Positions 13,453 to 25,279 of a stretch of DNA of 64,000 bases are shown here, piece after piece; the first letter of the stretch is position 1; each line of letters begins with the position of its first letter. The notes under the pieces are model-generated. The model was not told the DNA's origin and did no database searches. It saw only the letters and a program-made list of their open reading frames with translations. This stretch comes from Octopus vulgaris. Taxonomy: Eukaryota. A program made the translations under genes and the position numbers. Where the stretch lies: the NCBI GenBank assembly GCA_951406725.2, contig OX597816.1:126604001-126668000 (forward strand), in the 5' to 3' direction.

Positions 13453-13839
13453 GCATAGGAGTGGCTATGCGGTAAGTAGCTTGCTAACCAGCCATATGGT
13501 TCCGGGTTCAGTCCCACTGCATGGCACCTTGGGCAAGTGTCTTCTACTATAGCCTCGGGCCAATCAAAGTCTTGTGAGTGGATTTGGTAGACAGAAACTG
13601 AAAGAAGCCCGTCGTATATATGTATATATGTATGTATGTGTTTGTGTCTGTGTTTGTTCCCCCAACATCCCATGACAACTGATGGTGGTGTGTTTACATC
13701 CCCGTAACTTAGCAGTTCGACAAAAGAAACCGATAGAAGCTTATAAAAAAATAAATCCTGGGGTCGATTTGCTCAACTAAAGGCGGTGCTCTAGCATGGC
13801 CACAGTCAAATGACTGAAACAAGTAAAAGAATAAAAGAA
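13453..13839 (+). mobile_element. SINE family A, full length
   Basis: tRNA-like A/B boxes (tggctatgcggt; gggttcagtccc), ccttgggcaag core, AAAAGAAT-type tail. Confidence 0.92.
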
Positions 13840-13929
13840 TTGTGTATCTTCTTTAAAGAAGATTTTACATGTGAAACAAACAGTTAAAATTCCTTTCTGC
13901 TAAAGCCACATGTCCTGAAATTTTTCAGG

Positions 13930-14115
13930 TGGGATCTAGTCGGTCACATCGACTCCAGTGTTTCACTGGTACTTAATTTATCAACCTTGAAAGGATGAAA
14001 GGCAAAGTCAAGCTTGGCAGAACTTGAACTCAGAACATAGCAACAGACAAAATACTGCTAAGCATTTCACCCAGTATGCTTAGCATTTCACTTGGCATAC
14101 CAGCTCACTGCCCTA
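13930..14115 (-). mobile_element. SINE family B
   Basis: Reverse complement of the 46739 copy (aaggatgaaaggcaaagtc...gaactcagaac). Confidence 0.8.
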
Positions 14116-14129
14116 ATGTTCCTTCTGAA

Positions 14130-14364
14130 GCCATATCAGGCACATAAGGGCCAGTTTCCCGGTTTCAGTGGCATAGAAATTCCCCCACCTGGACAGGATG
14201 CTGGTCCGTCACAGTGTTACTTATTTTTGCCAGCTGAGTGGACTGGAGCAATGTGAAAATGAAGTGTTTTGATCAAGAACACAATGCATCGCCTGGTCCA
14301 GGAATTGAAACCACAACCTTACAATCATGAGTTTGACACCCTAACCACTAAGCCATACGCCTCG
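14130..14364 (-). mobile_element. tRNA-derived SINE family D
   Basis: Minus-strand head gaggcgtatggcttagtggttagggtg...ggtttcaattcc; core gctccagtccactcagctg shared with 57818-58170. Confidence 0.8.
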
Positions 14365-14789
14365 AAACAGTTAATAATATACACCCCTATAGATAGGTTA
14401 GTAAACAAATGCTATAAAACAATACAAAAACAAATCCAGCCACACAGATTCTCCATAAAAAAACATACAAACAAGACATACAATGTTCTACATGAACTGA
14501 AAGTGTCATACTTAGAAAAGAATACATTGTTAAAATTCTCATGAAACAGAACACAACTAACTTGTATCTCACCAAGTGTCATGTATATTTATAATATATT
14601 ATGATAACACCAGAAGGAAAAATCTTCACATAAACATGAAACCATAAAACTGCAAGGTAAAGAACATAATTGAGCCAACTAATGAAATATAAAAATTGCC
14701 ATGTAAACATTAAAGTTATAGACTCCAGCACAAATATTGTTGAACCATTTACACAAGTATTAAACACACACACACACACACATGTATCT

Positions 14790-14886
14790 ACTTATATACA
14801 TATGATATGAATTTATATACATATGATATGTATGTATATACATATACATATATACACACAAATACACACATATATACATATATATT

Positions 14887-14927
<41 letters not shown>

Positions 14928-14975
14928 GATAGATAGATAAATAGATAAATAAATAGATTAGACAGACAGACAGAC

Positions 14976-15061
<86 letters not shown>

Positions 15062-15095
15062 TTATATACATATACATACATACACATACTTATGT
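14790..15095. repeat. (TA)n/(TAGA)n/(CAGA)n compound microsatellite
   Basis: Direct reading. Confidence 0.95.
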
Positions 15096-15149
15096 ATGAA
15101 CATAATATATTTATTCTACTATTATCATCATTTTGACTATTGTTACAAT

Positions 15150-15520
15150 TGGTTATTATTAGCACACTGGACAGAAAGCTTAGCATTTTTTTTGGAATTA
15201 TGTTCTGAATTCAAATTCTGCTGAGGTTAACTTTGCCTTTCATCCTTTTCGGGTTGATAAAATAAGTGCCATATGAGCATTAGAGTTGAGGTAATTAACT
15301 AGCCTCATCCCCAACAAAATTTCAGGCCTTGTGCCTATACTAGAAAGAATTATTATTATTGTTCTTAAGGTGGTGAGTTGACCATATTATTATCATGCTG
15401 GATGAAATACTTAGTGTTCTGGGTTTAAATTCTGCCAAGGTAAACTTTGCCTTTCAGAGTCAATAAAATAAGTACTGCTGGGGTTGAAATCCTGTGCTTA
15501 TTATAGAAAGGATTATTATT
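15150..15520 (+). mobile_element. two adjacent degenerate SINE family B copies
   Basis: Two occurrences of aaattctg..aggt.aactttgcctttca, each ending agaaag.attattatt. Confidence 0.75.
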
Positions 15521-15559
15521 GTGGTGGTTACCATTATTGTTAGTGTTCTTTTTAACTCA

Positions 15560-16100
15560 GGTTTTGCTGAAAATCCTGGATTCTTGCATGTGTAGTAGGC
15601 TTGCTGCCTGCAGCCTATGGTACTATGCTATCTGTTCTTTTCGACTATCTAATACTTTCTTGATTATTCTGGATGTATTGAGGAGGAAAACCTTTTGTAA
15701 CAGATCTATTGGGCACTCTATTCTGATTCCCTTTATATTCTTCTAGATGTCTTCTGGTACTGACCCCAAAGACCCAGCAGTAATTGACACTATCTTCACC
15801 TTCTTCATTCTCCATAGCTGGGCTATTTTGTATGTAAGGGGGTTGTACTTTTTTATTATTTTGCCTTCCTTCTTGACTATATTGCACATGTGGTGCATCT
15901 TGTCCACCACCACTAGGTTCAGTTCGTTATGCTCTAGCCTACTGATCTGTTTGGACTGGGAAATCCAACAGGATTTTGCAGGTCTCTGACTTTGCCTCAG
16001 AAAGAGCCTCTTGTTGACTTTGGAGCAAGAGAGAAGAGTTGTGTTGAAAGCCATGAAGAGCAGTGATTCTGCTGACCCACCAACTGGAGAGTATTACAGT
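15560..16100 (-). mobile_element. R4-clade LINE restriction-like endonuclease C-terminal relic
   Basis: KILLDFPVQTDQ / LVVVDK...KEGKIIKKYNPLTYKIAQLWRMKKVKIVSITAGSLGSVP...LQKVFLLNTSRIIKKVL, homologous to the 20788-21027 peptide. Confidence 0.8.
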
Positions 16101-16567
16101 TCTGGGTTGAAACACCAATGAACATTGGATACTATTGAAAGCTCCGTTCACTTTGGTGAATGGAAAAAAAACATCTCCATCTAGGTGTTATTAAAAGATA
16201 TACATCCTTCATATATATATATAGTTATTTATATATATATATATATACTTTTTGGTGAAACCTGCAAAGACATCACAAAACTGCAGTTATTTTGTGATGG
16301 TTTTGCAGCTTTAATAAAAAAGTATATTACTCTACCTTTGGTATTTGAGTACTGTTTTTTTCCACCATGTTTTGCATTTATGTGCTTACTCATGTGTATC
16401 ACACACACACACATGCACACACACATATATATATATATTCTGTATGCATCATTATTGCATAAATTTATACTTGTATATTTATAAATATATGTGTGTGTGT
16501 GCATATAAATATATTCACACGTGTGTTTGTGTGTATGCATTATGAAACAGATGTATCTTTTTTTCAG

Positions 16568-16651
16568 CCTTTCTATATTTTCTGTGTACTTAACAGAATA
16601 TAAGTGCTTAGATTTTCATGCTTCCAGATGTTTTATTAATTGTACTCATGT
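16568..16651 (+). CDS. candidate 84-nt exon 5 (phase 2/2)
   Basis: tctttttttcag| acceptor, GT|gtaagt donor; frame LSIFSVYLTEYKCLDFHASRCFINCTH; an alternative acceptor at 16597 reads the same frame. Confidence 0.45.
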
Positions 16652-17039
16652 GTAAGTGTATATCCAAAAGGAAAGATTTGGTTTATTTTCATCTTATCCT
16701 CATGTAAAAGAGGGGAGTTACATCACTGATTATTTTTTTGTAATCATATCTGCATGATTATGCATAAGTAAATTATCTTATAATGATATTTACTCTTTTT
16801 TATACCATCATAAACTGACTGTATCCTTAAATTTGGCGTATTTGCAGAAATTCATATAATTATTTAAGCATATCTTTTTAAAAAATTTGCTATACATTCC
16901 CATTACCTGAAACTTAGTCTTATAGTAAGACTTATAAATATTTGCATTTAGATTTACTACTACCATTATCTACGTTACTGCAGCTAGCATTGGCAGTAGT
17001 AGCAGCAACCACAGTGATATCACCATCACTGTTTTTACA

Positions 17040-17880
17040 TCCATTTTTGCATTCATGCATGTGTTGAATAAATATTTTCCAACATAACGTTCTTGCACAT
17101 TTTGCATTCCATTGTCAACTCTTCTGTGAGGTTAGCCTCCTGAAATGGGCTACAAATACTTGCCTATTTTGTCCTTGATCTATCACTGATTCCTTCTACT
17201 GTATATTATACCTCCTGGTATTTTTTGTCCATCACTCATCATCTACATAGATTTACCAATGCACTTGTCTGTCTTTCACAAAACATCTTATTCTTCTTAT
17301 ACAGTTTTTCTCTTAGTTCATATGTGTCTCATTATTCATGTACTCCACCTTAGCCTGCCAACAGATCATACTAGATTCATTTCTTTCAAGCCTAAGCACA
17401 ACTTCTGCTTTCAGTATTCATGTCTCTTTACTACATTGCATCACCATTCATCAAGGTTTGCCCAGTCTACTCTTTGTTCAGAGCAAGACTCCACTTGTTG
17501 TCAGCAAAGGTAATATCTCCCTGAATTTTTTTAATCTTTTTCTTATTCTTATACAATTTTTCCATTGAATGAGTCTAACATCGTTTAGCTGAATGCTTTT
17601 CTTATCACTGACTACTTGACAACATAAACTGGGTGTGTTTTTCATTGTGCCACCAGCATCAGGGAGGCTTCCTGTCCAGGCTAAAGTTTCTTTTCCTCAC
17701 AATCTCAATTCTTATTCTGAGTTTTTGTTCTCCTAGATGCATTGTTTCCACTGTAACTTACAGAGACCGTGTCTTCCATATACAAAAGTCCAGTTACAGA
17801 CTACAGTGCTTGAAATTACTGTTGTATACCATAGCAATTTATGTGGATAAGAAGGAAGAATGGAGGAGAAGATAGAGCAC
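17040..17880 (-). mobile_element. degenerate RTE-type LINE
   Basis: Minus strand reads KFREILPLLTTSGVLL*TKSRL..., like the KFRELLPLL/KGRLY region of RTE ORF2. Confidence 0.6.
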
Positions 17881-18529
17881 ATGAGAAAAAAAAGATGACA
17901 AAGATAGTCATATAGGAAATAAATGTGTGGATAAATGATATTAGAGATATCATAGGGTAGTGAGGAGAGGGAGAAGAAAGAGAGACATGTAGAGGATGAA
18001 TATATAGGGGAAATGGGAGAGAAGGATATATATTGACTGAAATGAAAGCATTACTCTGGTACTCTTACTGAGTTTATTGTGACATTTGATATGAAATTAA
18101 GAAAGGGAAGTTGAATGTAGCAGACACAAATATGATAGAAGAATGGAGATATAAAATAATGGTGTATAATATTTGATAATGACAACAAGAATAAGAATTA
18201 TACCAGTTGTCAAGTGAGCCTATCCTGCTAGATCTTATGGAAATTGGCAGTGAACGAATGAAGAGGAGGGGTATGTAAAAGAATAAATCAAAAACACAAG
18301 AGAGGAGCATGTTATCTGAGACTGAGAGTTCTACCGTGACATCAATGCAAAGCTCAATACCCAAAGGAATTAATCTTGAAAGGGAAGCAAGTGATGGAGA
18401 TCAGAAGTTGTGTGCTACTTTTGAGTGTTTGGGTCATAAATAATAATTATGAATAATGTGTGTGTACACAAAACACAAGAATAGTAATTTTATTGTCTGT
18501 CAGTTGCATCCATTAATAGCAATAATTTC

Positions 18530-18825
18530 ATCATCTTTATCATAATCATTTAGCATCTGCTGTCCATGCTGGCATGGCCTGGATGGCTTGACCGGGGCTG
18601 AGGGACTGCATTAGACTCCAGTCTGATTTGGATTGGTTTCTATGGCTGGATGCCCTTCCTAATGCCAACCACTCTGAATGTAATGGGTGTTTTTACATGC
18701 CACCAGCATGGGTGCCAGTTGTGTGGCATCAGTATCTACCATGACTATGGTTTCACTTGACTTGATAGGTCTTCTTCTCAAGTACAGAATATAACTAAAG
18801 GTCTCAATCACTTGTAATTTCCTCT
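18530..18825 (-). mobile_element. family C retroposon 3' end with (GAT)n tail
   Basis: ggctggatgcccttcctaatgccaaccactc motif shared with the 49407 and 53361 copies. Confidence 0.8.
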
Positions 18826-19793
18826 GTATATAAATAACATAGCTAGCAGTTGCAATCAATTGTTAAACAAAAGAATAAATCAAATCAAAATGTTGTTCTA
18901 TCTTTACTATGAAATTCCAAACTTCAAGTGTGTGAAACAACTGTACCTGATACCCGTCTTTTCTAGACCCAACTTGTTCATTTGACTGTCCTGTCCCAAT
19001 ATGTTATTGACAAAATTTGAAGTGGATTTATGTCTTGCTTGATAATACATATCAGGAATCGAAACAGTATAAAATCAGAATACTTTTTAGAGTGATCCAT
19101 AACTTTAAAGTCAGTCATTAGACATTTAGAAATTGAAGAAAATAACCTCATATGCTTCAAAATTTTTCTCAGTCAAAACACAATTACAGAACTTCTTTAA
19201 CTCTATTCAATAATTAGATTATGTTGAGTTTGTTTGTCTTTTAAACAAAACTAATAAATAAATGAATAAAAAATAAAGAAGAATTATTTTGCTTCAAAAT
19301 GTTTACTCATTTGCACATACATTAGCTATTTTATAATCGTTTTATTTTTATATTTGTTAGTGTTTATAATTTGATTATATTATACATTGCAATTTTTTTT
19401 TATTTTTAGGAATTAATTTATCTCAATTCTGGCATTAACACTAAGTCCACTTTCCTATGAAGTTAAAACCTTTAATACATGATGAGAAGTTGAATGTAGT
19501 ACCTGTCTTGTTAAAGATGATGTATATATCATAGACATCAAATATATCATTGTAACCCTTTTGGTAACAATGAAATTACCCATATTAAAGTGTTTAAACA
19601 AAACTTTTGATCAAAATCTAACTAAAGATAAATTGTGACATAAGATTACAGCTGTAAACACCAGTATATAAATTTATACATATTTTATTGAACCTTACCA
19701 AAGTTTTAAATATATATATGAGACTTATCTATTCTACCAGATTTTCTTTTTTACTGATCAATCATATTGTTTATGAATTGTTTATGAATAATG

Positions 19794-19959
19794 TAGGCAT
19801 AGGAGTAGCTGTGTGGTAAGTAGCTTGCTTACCAACCACATGGTTCCGGGTTCAGTCCCACTGATTGGCACCTTGGGCAAGTGTCTTATACTATAGCCCA
19901 GGCTGACCAATGCCTTGTGAGTGGATTTGGTAGATGGAAACTGAAAGAAGCCCGTCGTA

Positions 19960-20006
<47 letters not shown>

Positions 20007-20229
20007 ATATATATATTTGTGTGTGTGTTTGTGTTTGTCTCCCCAACATCGCTTGACAACCGATGATGGTGTGTTTATGTCCCCGTAACTTAGTGGTTCG
20101 GCAAAATAGACTGCTAGAATAAGTACTAGGCTTACAAAGAATAAGTGCTGGGGTTGATTTGTTCGACTAAATGCGGTGCTCCAGGATGGCCACAGTCAAA
20201 TGACTGAAACAAGTAAAGAGTAAAGAGTA
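19794..20229 (+). mobile_element. SINE family A, full length
   Basis: High identity to the 13453, 37718 and 38443 copies. Confidence 0.92.
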
Positions 20230-20542
20230 ATGCCCAAGACAAAACATCCTCTTGTTATTCAACCTACTAAAAATATCAACTAAATATCCCTCAAATTACA
20301 TCGTAGAAAAGTAATACAATGCTTGATGTCATCTTTATTACTCTAAAAGACTTGATGACGATGGTTGAAACACCATTGGTCTGCTTAGTTCAAAGTTGAC
20401 TTGAGGCCAAACAACAATATCAACAAATACAAACTCCAATTTATAATGCAAAAGTGCTTCAATGATAATTTTAAAGCTGTATATATATATTATTTACATT
20501 ATTTACATTCGACGGATATTTGTCCTCATCTTGTTTGTTGTT

Positions 20543-20588
20543 AACACAACGTTTTGGCTGATATATCTTCCAGCCTTCTTCAGGTGTC
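20543..20588 (-). ncRNA. minimal type I hammerhead ribozyme with G12 mutated, probably inactive
   Basis: Minus strand acac-CTGAAGA-a-ggctg-gaagatatat-cagcc-AAAAC-GTT-gtgt; the GAAA has become AAAA. Confidence 0.65.
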
Positions 20589-20690
20589 TTGGGGAAATTT
20601 CGAACCTGGGTTCTCATTCCTAAAGTATTCTTTGATGTTATTATTATTATCATCATCATCATTATTATTATCATTATTATTATTATTATT

Positions 20691-21730
20691 CAGTAGTATA
20701 TTTTTTATATCGTGCTTTCACTTCACTACCGAGTACAGCTCTGTGTGCCTTGGGTATGTGCTGTGATTTGTTGTGATGCTCTGATGGTTATTGTATGGAA
20801 AGTGTTCTGTGTAGGATGTGTGCAGTGCCTAGTAGTGCAATTTTCTGTATGTTATATGTGTTTGTAAGTCCTGGTGTTTTTGTTATGTATTTGTCTGAAT
20901 ATTTTTTTATCATGCCTAATGCACCTACTATGATAGGAATTGTTTCTGTTTTTAGATTCCACATTCTGGTTACCTCTATTTCCAGGTCTTTGTATTTTGA
21001 GAGTTTCTCCATTTCTTTTAGAGACACGTTGTCATCTGCCGGTATTGATACATCAATTAGAAAGCATTTTTTTCTTCATGATCTCTGACAACTATATCTG
21101 GCCTGTTGGCCTTAATTTCTCTATCTGTGTGTATCGGCATATCCCAGAGTATGGTTGCTTTCTCGTTTTCTGTGACCTTTTCTGGTGTGTGCCTATACCA
21201 TATTTTTTCTGTTGTTATTCCATAATGTTGGCATAGCTTCCAATGTATGTAGGTTCCAACTCTGTCATGTCAGTGAATATATTCCTTCTTAGCCAGGACT
21301 GGGCAGCTAGAGATAATATGATTTATTGTTTCTTGTCCATCTCCACATATTCTGCAGTTACTTGTTATATTTCTTTTCATTGCAAGTTTTTATTAATTTC
21401 TGGTGGGGAGGCTTTGGTCTTGTGCTGCAATTAAAAATCCCTCTGTTTCTGCTTTGAGTCCTGAGTTTCTCAACCATTGCTGGGATTTTTCTTTGTCTAT
21501 TTCTTTTGCATTTAGTTTAGTCCAGTATTTACCTTGAAGGGGCTTTTCTTGCCATCGTTTTATCATGGTTCGTTGCTGTTCTAGTTTTAGTTTGGATTTC
21601 ATTTGTTTTATAGCTTTTGTTGCTTCTTCTTCTTCTTCTTCTTCTTCTTCTTCTTCTTCTTCATATATATTAGGTGGTATGATTTCTTGTTTGTATTTGT
21701 CAGCTTCCTTAAATACTGAGAACAGTTTTT
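20691..21730 (-). mobile_element. 5'-truncated R4/Dong-clade non-LTR retrotransposon inserted in (TAA)n
   Basis: GLKAETEGFLIAAQDQSLPTRN, zinc knuckle CRICGDGQETINHIISSC, nuclease motifs ANRPDIVV...LIDVSIP...EKLSKYKDL, end QKIALLGTAHIL; in-frame stops and a 1-nt frameshift near 21070; (TTA)n on both sides. Confidence 0.92.
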
Positions 21731-21743
21731 TATTATTATTATA

Positions 21744-21782
<39 letters not shown>

Positions 21783-21862
21783 GTTCAGATGACTGCTTGG
21801 AATCGAACTCAGAATCTTGGGGTTAGTAGCCAGCACTCTTAACCACTACGCCATATGCCCGT

Positions 21863-21940
21863 GGGCATATGGCATAGTGGTTAAGAGTGCTGGCTACTAA
21901 CCCTAAGATTCCGAGTTCGATTCCAAGCAGTGACCTGAAC
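21863..21940 (+). other. tRNA-like SINE head with Pol III A/B boxes (inverted copy at 21783-21860)
   Basis: A box tggcatagtgg, anticodon-like loop ctactaa, B box gagttcgattcc at 21913-21924. Confidence 0.8.
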
Positions 21941-21971
<31 letters not shown>

Positions 21972-22018
21972 TCGAAGAATACCTTAGGAATGAAAACCCA
22001 GGTTCGAAATTTCCCCAA

Positions 22019-22064
22019 GACACCTGAAGAAGGCTGGAGGGTATATCAGCCGAAACGTTGTGTT
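22019..22064 (+). ncRNA. minimal type I hammerhead ribozyme, Penelope type, intact core
   Basis: Stem I gacac/gtgtt, CTGAAGA plus an extra A, stem II ggctg/cagcc, GAAA, loopless palindromic stem III (ACGT), GUU triplet at 22057-22059. Confidence 0.8.
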
Positions 22065-22908
22065 AACAACAAACAAGATGAGGACAAACATCCATCGAAT
22101 GTAAATAATGTAAATAATGTACATAATTCCTCATCTCTTAACTATAAAACTGCTGTATATATATATATTTTGGAAGTACAGATATTTGGAAACAAGAATA
22201 GTTTCTGGAAAACATACTATTACATATTATTTCTGAGCTATTTTAACATAAAATGTTAATGCATTTTTTGTAGCCTAAGTAGTTACATGGGGATTAAAAA
22301 TATTTCACTATCATTATATAACTACATAAATCTATGCTTTCTTGTCAGTTGTTAGGCATAACAATTAATAGAGTTAAGTATGGAATAAATCTCTCATAAG
22401 CAGTCTCTTGAGTTTAAAGAAGACTCACATTTAAGAAAGAGGGAGAAAATGTTTTTGTTGTGAACTAATTCTATATTATTTTATTTTAGTTGCCATCCTT
22501 AAATTACAAATTATATTTAATGTTTTTTTGATTTAAATTCATTTCTAACTCTAAATCTAAAGATATTTATTTAAAAAGGAACTAATTTTATTGTAATTTG
22601 AAAGTGATTTTTAGCAAACAGCTGGAAATATAATTAATTTCCCCATTAGTTAGCAATTCATCAAATAAATGTTTTCTCCTTGCTTTGGTTGAATTCTTTG
22701 AACTAAACGCATCCTATTTAAAAAGAATTTTGTTGCAATATTAAAATAACAGTGGACACTTAGTAAATTGGTATCAATTCATGTTACATGCACTTTTCTG
22801 ACTGATCACTTTCTAAATTACATTTTAAACATCTTAATTAAGAATTAATTAAAATTTAAGAATGAATAGTTAATTGTAGTAAATTAAACTTCATAATATT
22901 TTTTTCAG

Positions 22909-23015
22909 TTTTATGGACAGCTTAATTCTGTTCACATTACCTCTTTCTTATAGTATTATCAAATACAGCATCTTCCATCTTTTGAGAATCTCTGAAAAGC
23001 TGTTGTCTATAAAAG
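22909..23015 (+). CDS. candidate 107-nt exon 6 (phase 2/1)
   Basis: atatttttttcag| acceptor, AAG|gtatt donor; 35 open codons FMDSLILFTLPLSYSIIKYSIFHLLRISEKLLSIK in AT-rich DNA; phase matches exon 5. Confidence 0.45.
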
Positions 23016-23599
23016 GTATTACGAGGAATAATTTACTTCTTAGAGAGAAAAAAAATTATAAATAGAGATTAAAATAGTTTAAATTTTATTTTGCTATTTG
23101 ATGTGAATTAAAATGTGAACATATTTTTTGCTAACTATATTATTTATGAGACATTTTTAAAATTAATTAAAAATATAGGCACATCTATAGTAAAGAATAG
23201 TAAATAATTTTCATAAATTTAGAATTATACTTTATGAAGGAATTTACCCATAATACTATCATTCAAAATAAGGGAGACATTTTAAAACTGTAGTGTTATA
23301 TGTCAATTATAATGCCTTTTAAAAACATCTCTGAACTACCAGACCATTAAAATATTCACTGTCTAATACTAAATTTATTTCTTTATAGTGTCCAATAATT
23401 CATAGAATCAATTTCATCCATAAGCAGAAGCTAATTCCAGTGGGGGCTGGATAATTTCCAATACATTACTAGTATGTCTTTTGATCAAAATCAAAACAAA
23501 AGATAAAGTTTGCATTAAAAAGATTTAAATTCAGTTTACAAGATTAAGTTAAATACTTTAGACATTTAGTCTATCTAGCTTTAATATTTCTCCCAGTTT

Positions 23600-23815
23600 G
23601 GGCAGTGAGATGGCAGAATCATTAGCATGTCAGGCAAAAATGCTTAGTGGTATTTTCTCTGTCTTCATGTTCTGAGTTCAAATCCTGCCAAGGTCATCTT
23701 TGCCTTTTATACTCTCAGTATCGATAAAATAAAAACCACTTGAGCACTGGGCCCAATGTAATTGGCTCACAGCCTTTTAACTTGCTGGTCCTGAAACAAA
23801 ATTTGTAACCAATAT
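23600..23815 (+). mobile_element. SINE family B
   Basis: ggcagtgagatggcagaatcattagc...gttctgagttcaaatcc. Confidence 0.8.
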
Positions 23816-24591
23816 TTCAACCAGTTAACTGCCACATCATAATTAATAATACCACAATTAAATCTGTATGAAAACTGTCTTTTTTATATAAACATATCTA
23901 ATATGTTAATAATATATTCAGTATCATTGTAAAGAAGTGTAGCACTAAATTTCCAATATTAAACTAGCACTTAATATTATTCATGAGCAATAACAAGATA
24001 ATATCAGTTTTGAATTTCATTGGAGCAAATGATATGAGTATAACTTTCATTATATGAGGGCTGATAAAAAGGCAAGATTCTGTCATAAACACAGATTAAA
24101 TGTGCTTCTGTCTTAAAAATGTTATATTATATAATGTGTAGTGATATCTATAAATAACATTGTATGTTAGTTTTAATTCCTATATATTATAAATGATATT
24201 ATTATAAATTAAATTGATGATAGTTTTCTCAGTTTTTTTACATAAATATTCTTATAAATATACTAGACAGAAATTTCTTCACATTAAAATATGTTTTGAA
24301 TATTTAGTATATGCAGTTATATCATACTTTTAATGAATTGATTTTGAAATATGAAAAAATAAGAATAATGAAATAGATAAAAAGTTAATAATGCTAGTAC
24401 AAATATTGTCTCCAACACATATTTCTTAACTTTATCACAATCACACTATTCTAGAAAAGTTCGAAAACAAGCTATGTTTGGTCATTTAGAATAAAGTACT
24501 CAAAGATAAGCCTGAGATTGGAAAGATATTTAATCCATAAATGTTAGTCCAATTACATATTTTGTCAGACTAGTGATTATGGAATACAGGT

Positions 24592-24672
<81 letters not shown>

Positions 24673-25279
24673 TGGTTATTTTGTTTTTTTATATATGGAA
24701 CTGTATTGTCCAATGTATCAATGTACCTTTTGATAATTTAAGACATTTGGGTATGATTTCTGGGAAATTTAAGTGCTATTTCTAGAGTTTCCCGTGCTCA
24801 AGAGTTTTTGTTTTCTTGGCTTGAAGTAAACTTTGTTTATTAGTTCCAGATCAATGTTGGTCAAGCAAATTTATGATGAAAGATGTTCTGGCTATGTCAA
24901 TGTTGACGTTTTGTATATCCTTTATTTAAGATGATAAAGTGTGATTTGAGAGAGATTTCGCTTCTATTTCCAAAGTTGAGTGAACATTTTGAAACTCTCT
25001 TGGAAATGCAGATCAAATGACATTGCTTTACATTCCTCCCCATCCTCTGTCTGTCTGTCACTCTCACTCTCTCCGTCACACACACACACATTTTCTGTTT
25101 CTTCAGAGAGGTGGTTGGAGGTATGCATTATCTTTATTTGATAAAGTAATTAGTGTCAGAGGTGATGTGAGATATTTATTTCTCTTGCACCATCACCAAC
25201 AAGGAGCTTCTCTTTGTTTTAATTATAAATCCATTTTCCTTAATTTGTCTTCTTGTATTCATTGACTTCTTAATTTATT

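Larger units (their letters stand above)
20491..22151. mobile_element. palindromic head-to-head tRNA-head/hammerhead-tail retroposon with about 15-bp TSD
   Basis: Arms invert around gt at 21861-21862; left arm 20491-20690 plus 21730-21860, right arm 21863-22120 plus a roughly 30-nt extension; flanking direct repeat gctgtatatatatat at 20476-20490 and 22152-22166. Confidence 0.85.

Noticed and set aside
19410-19500. Very strong acceptor tttttttttatttttag
   Set aside because: All three frames stop before any good donor
21783-21940. Two divergent tRNA genes
   Set aside because: Poor acceptor stem, no terminator, and both run into repeat sequence; these are SINE heads
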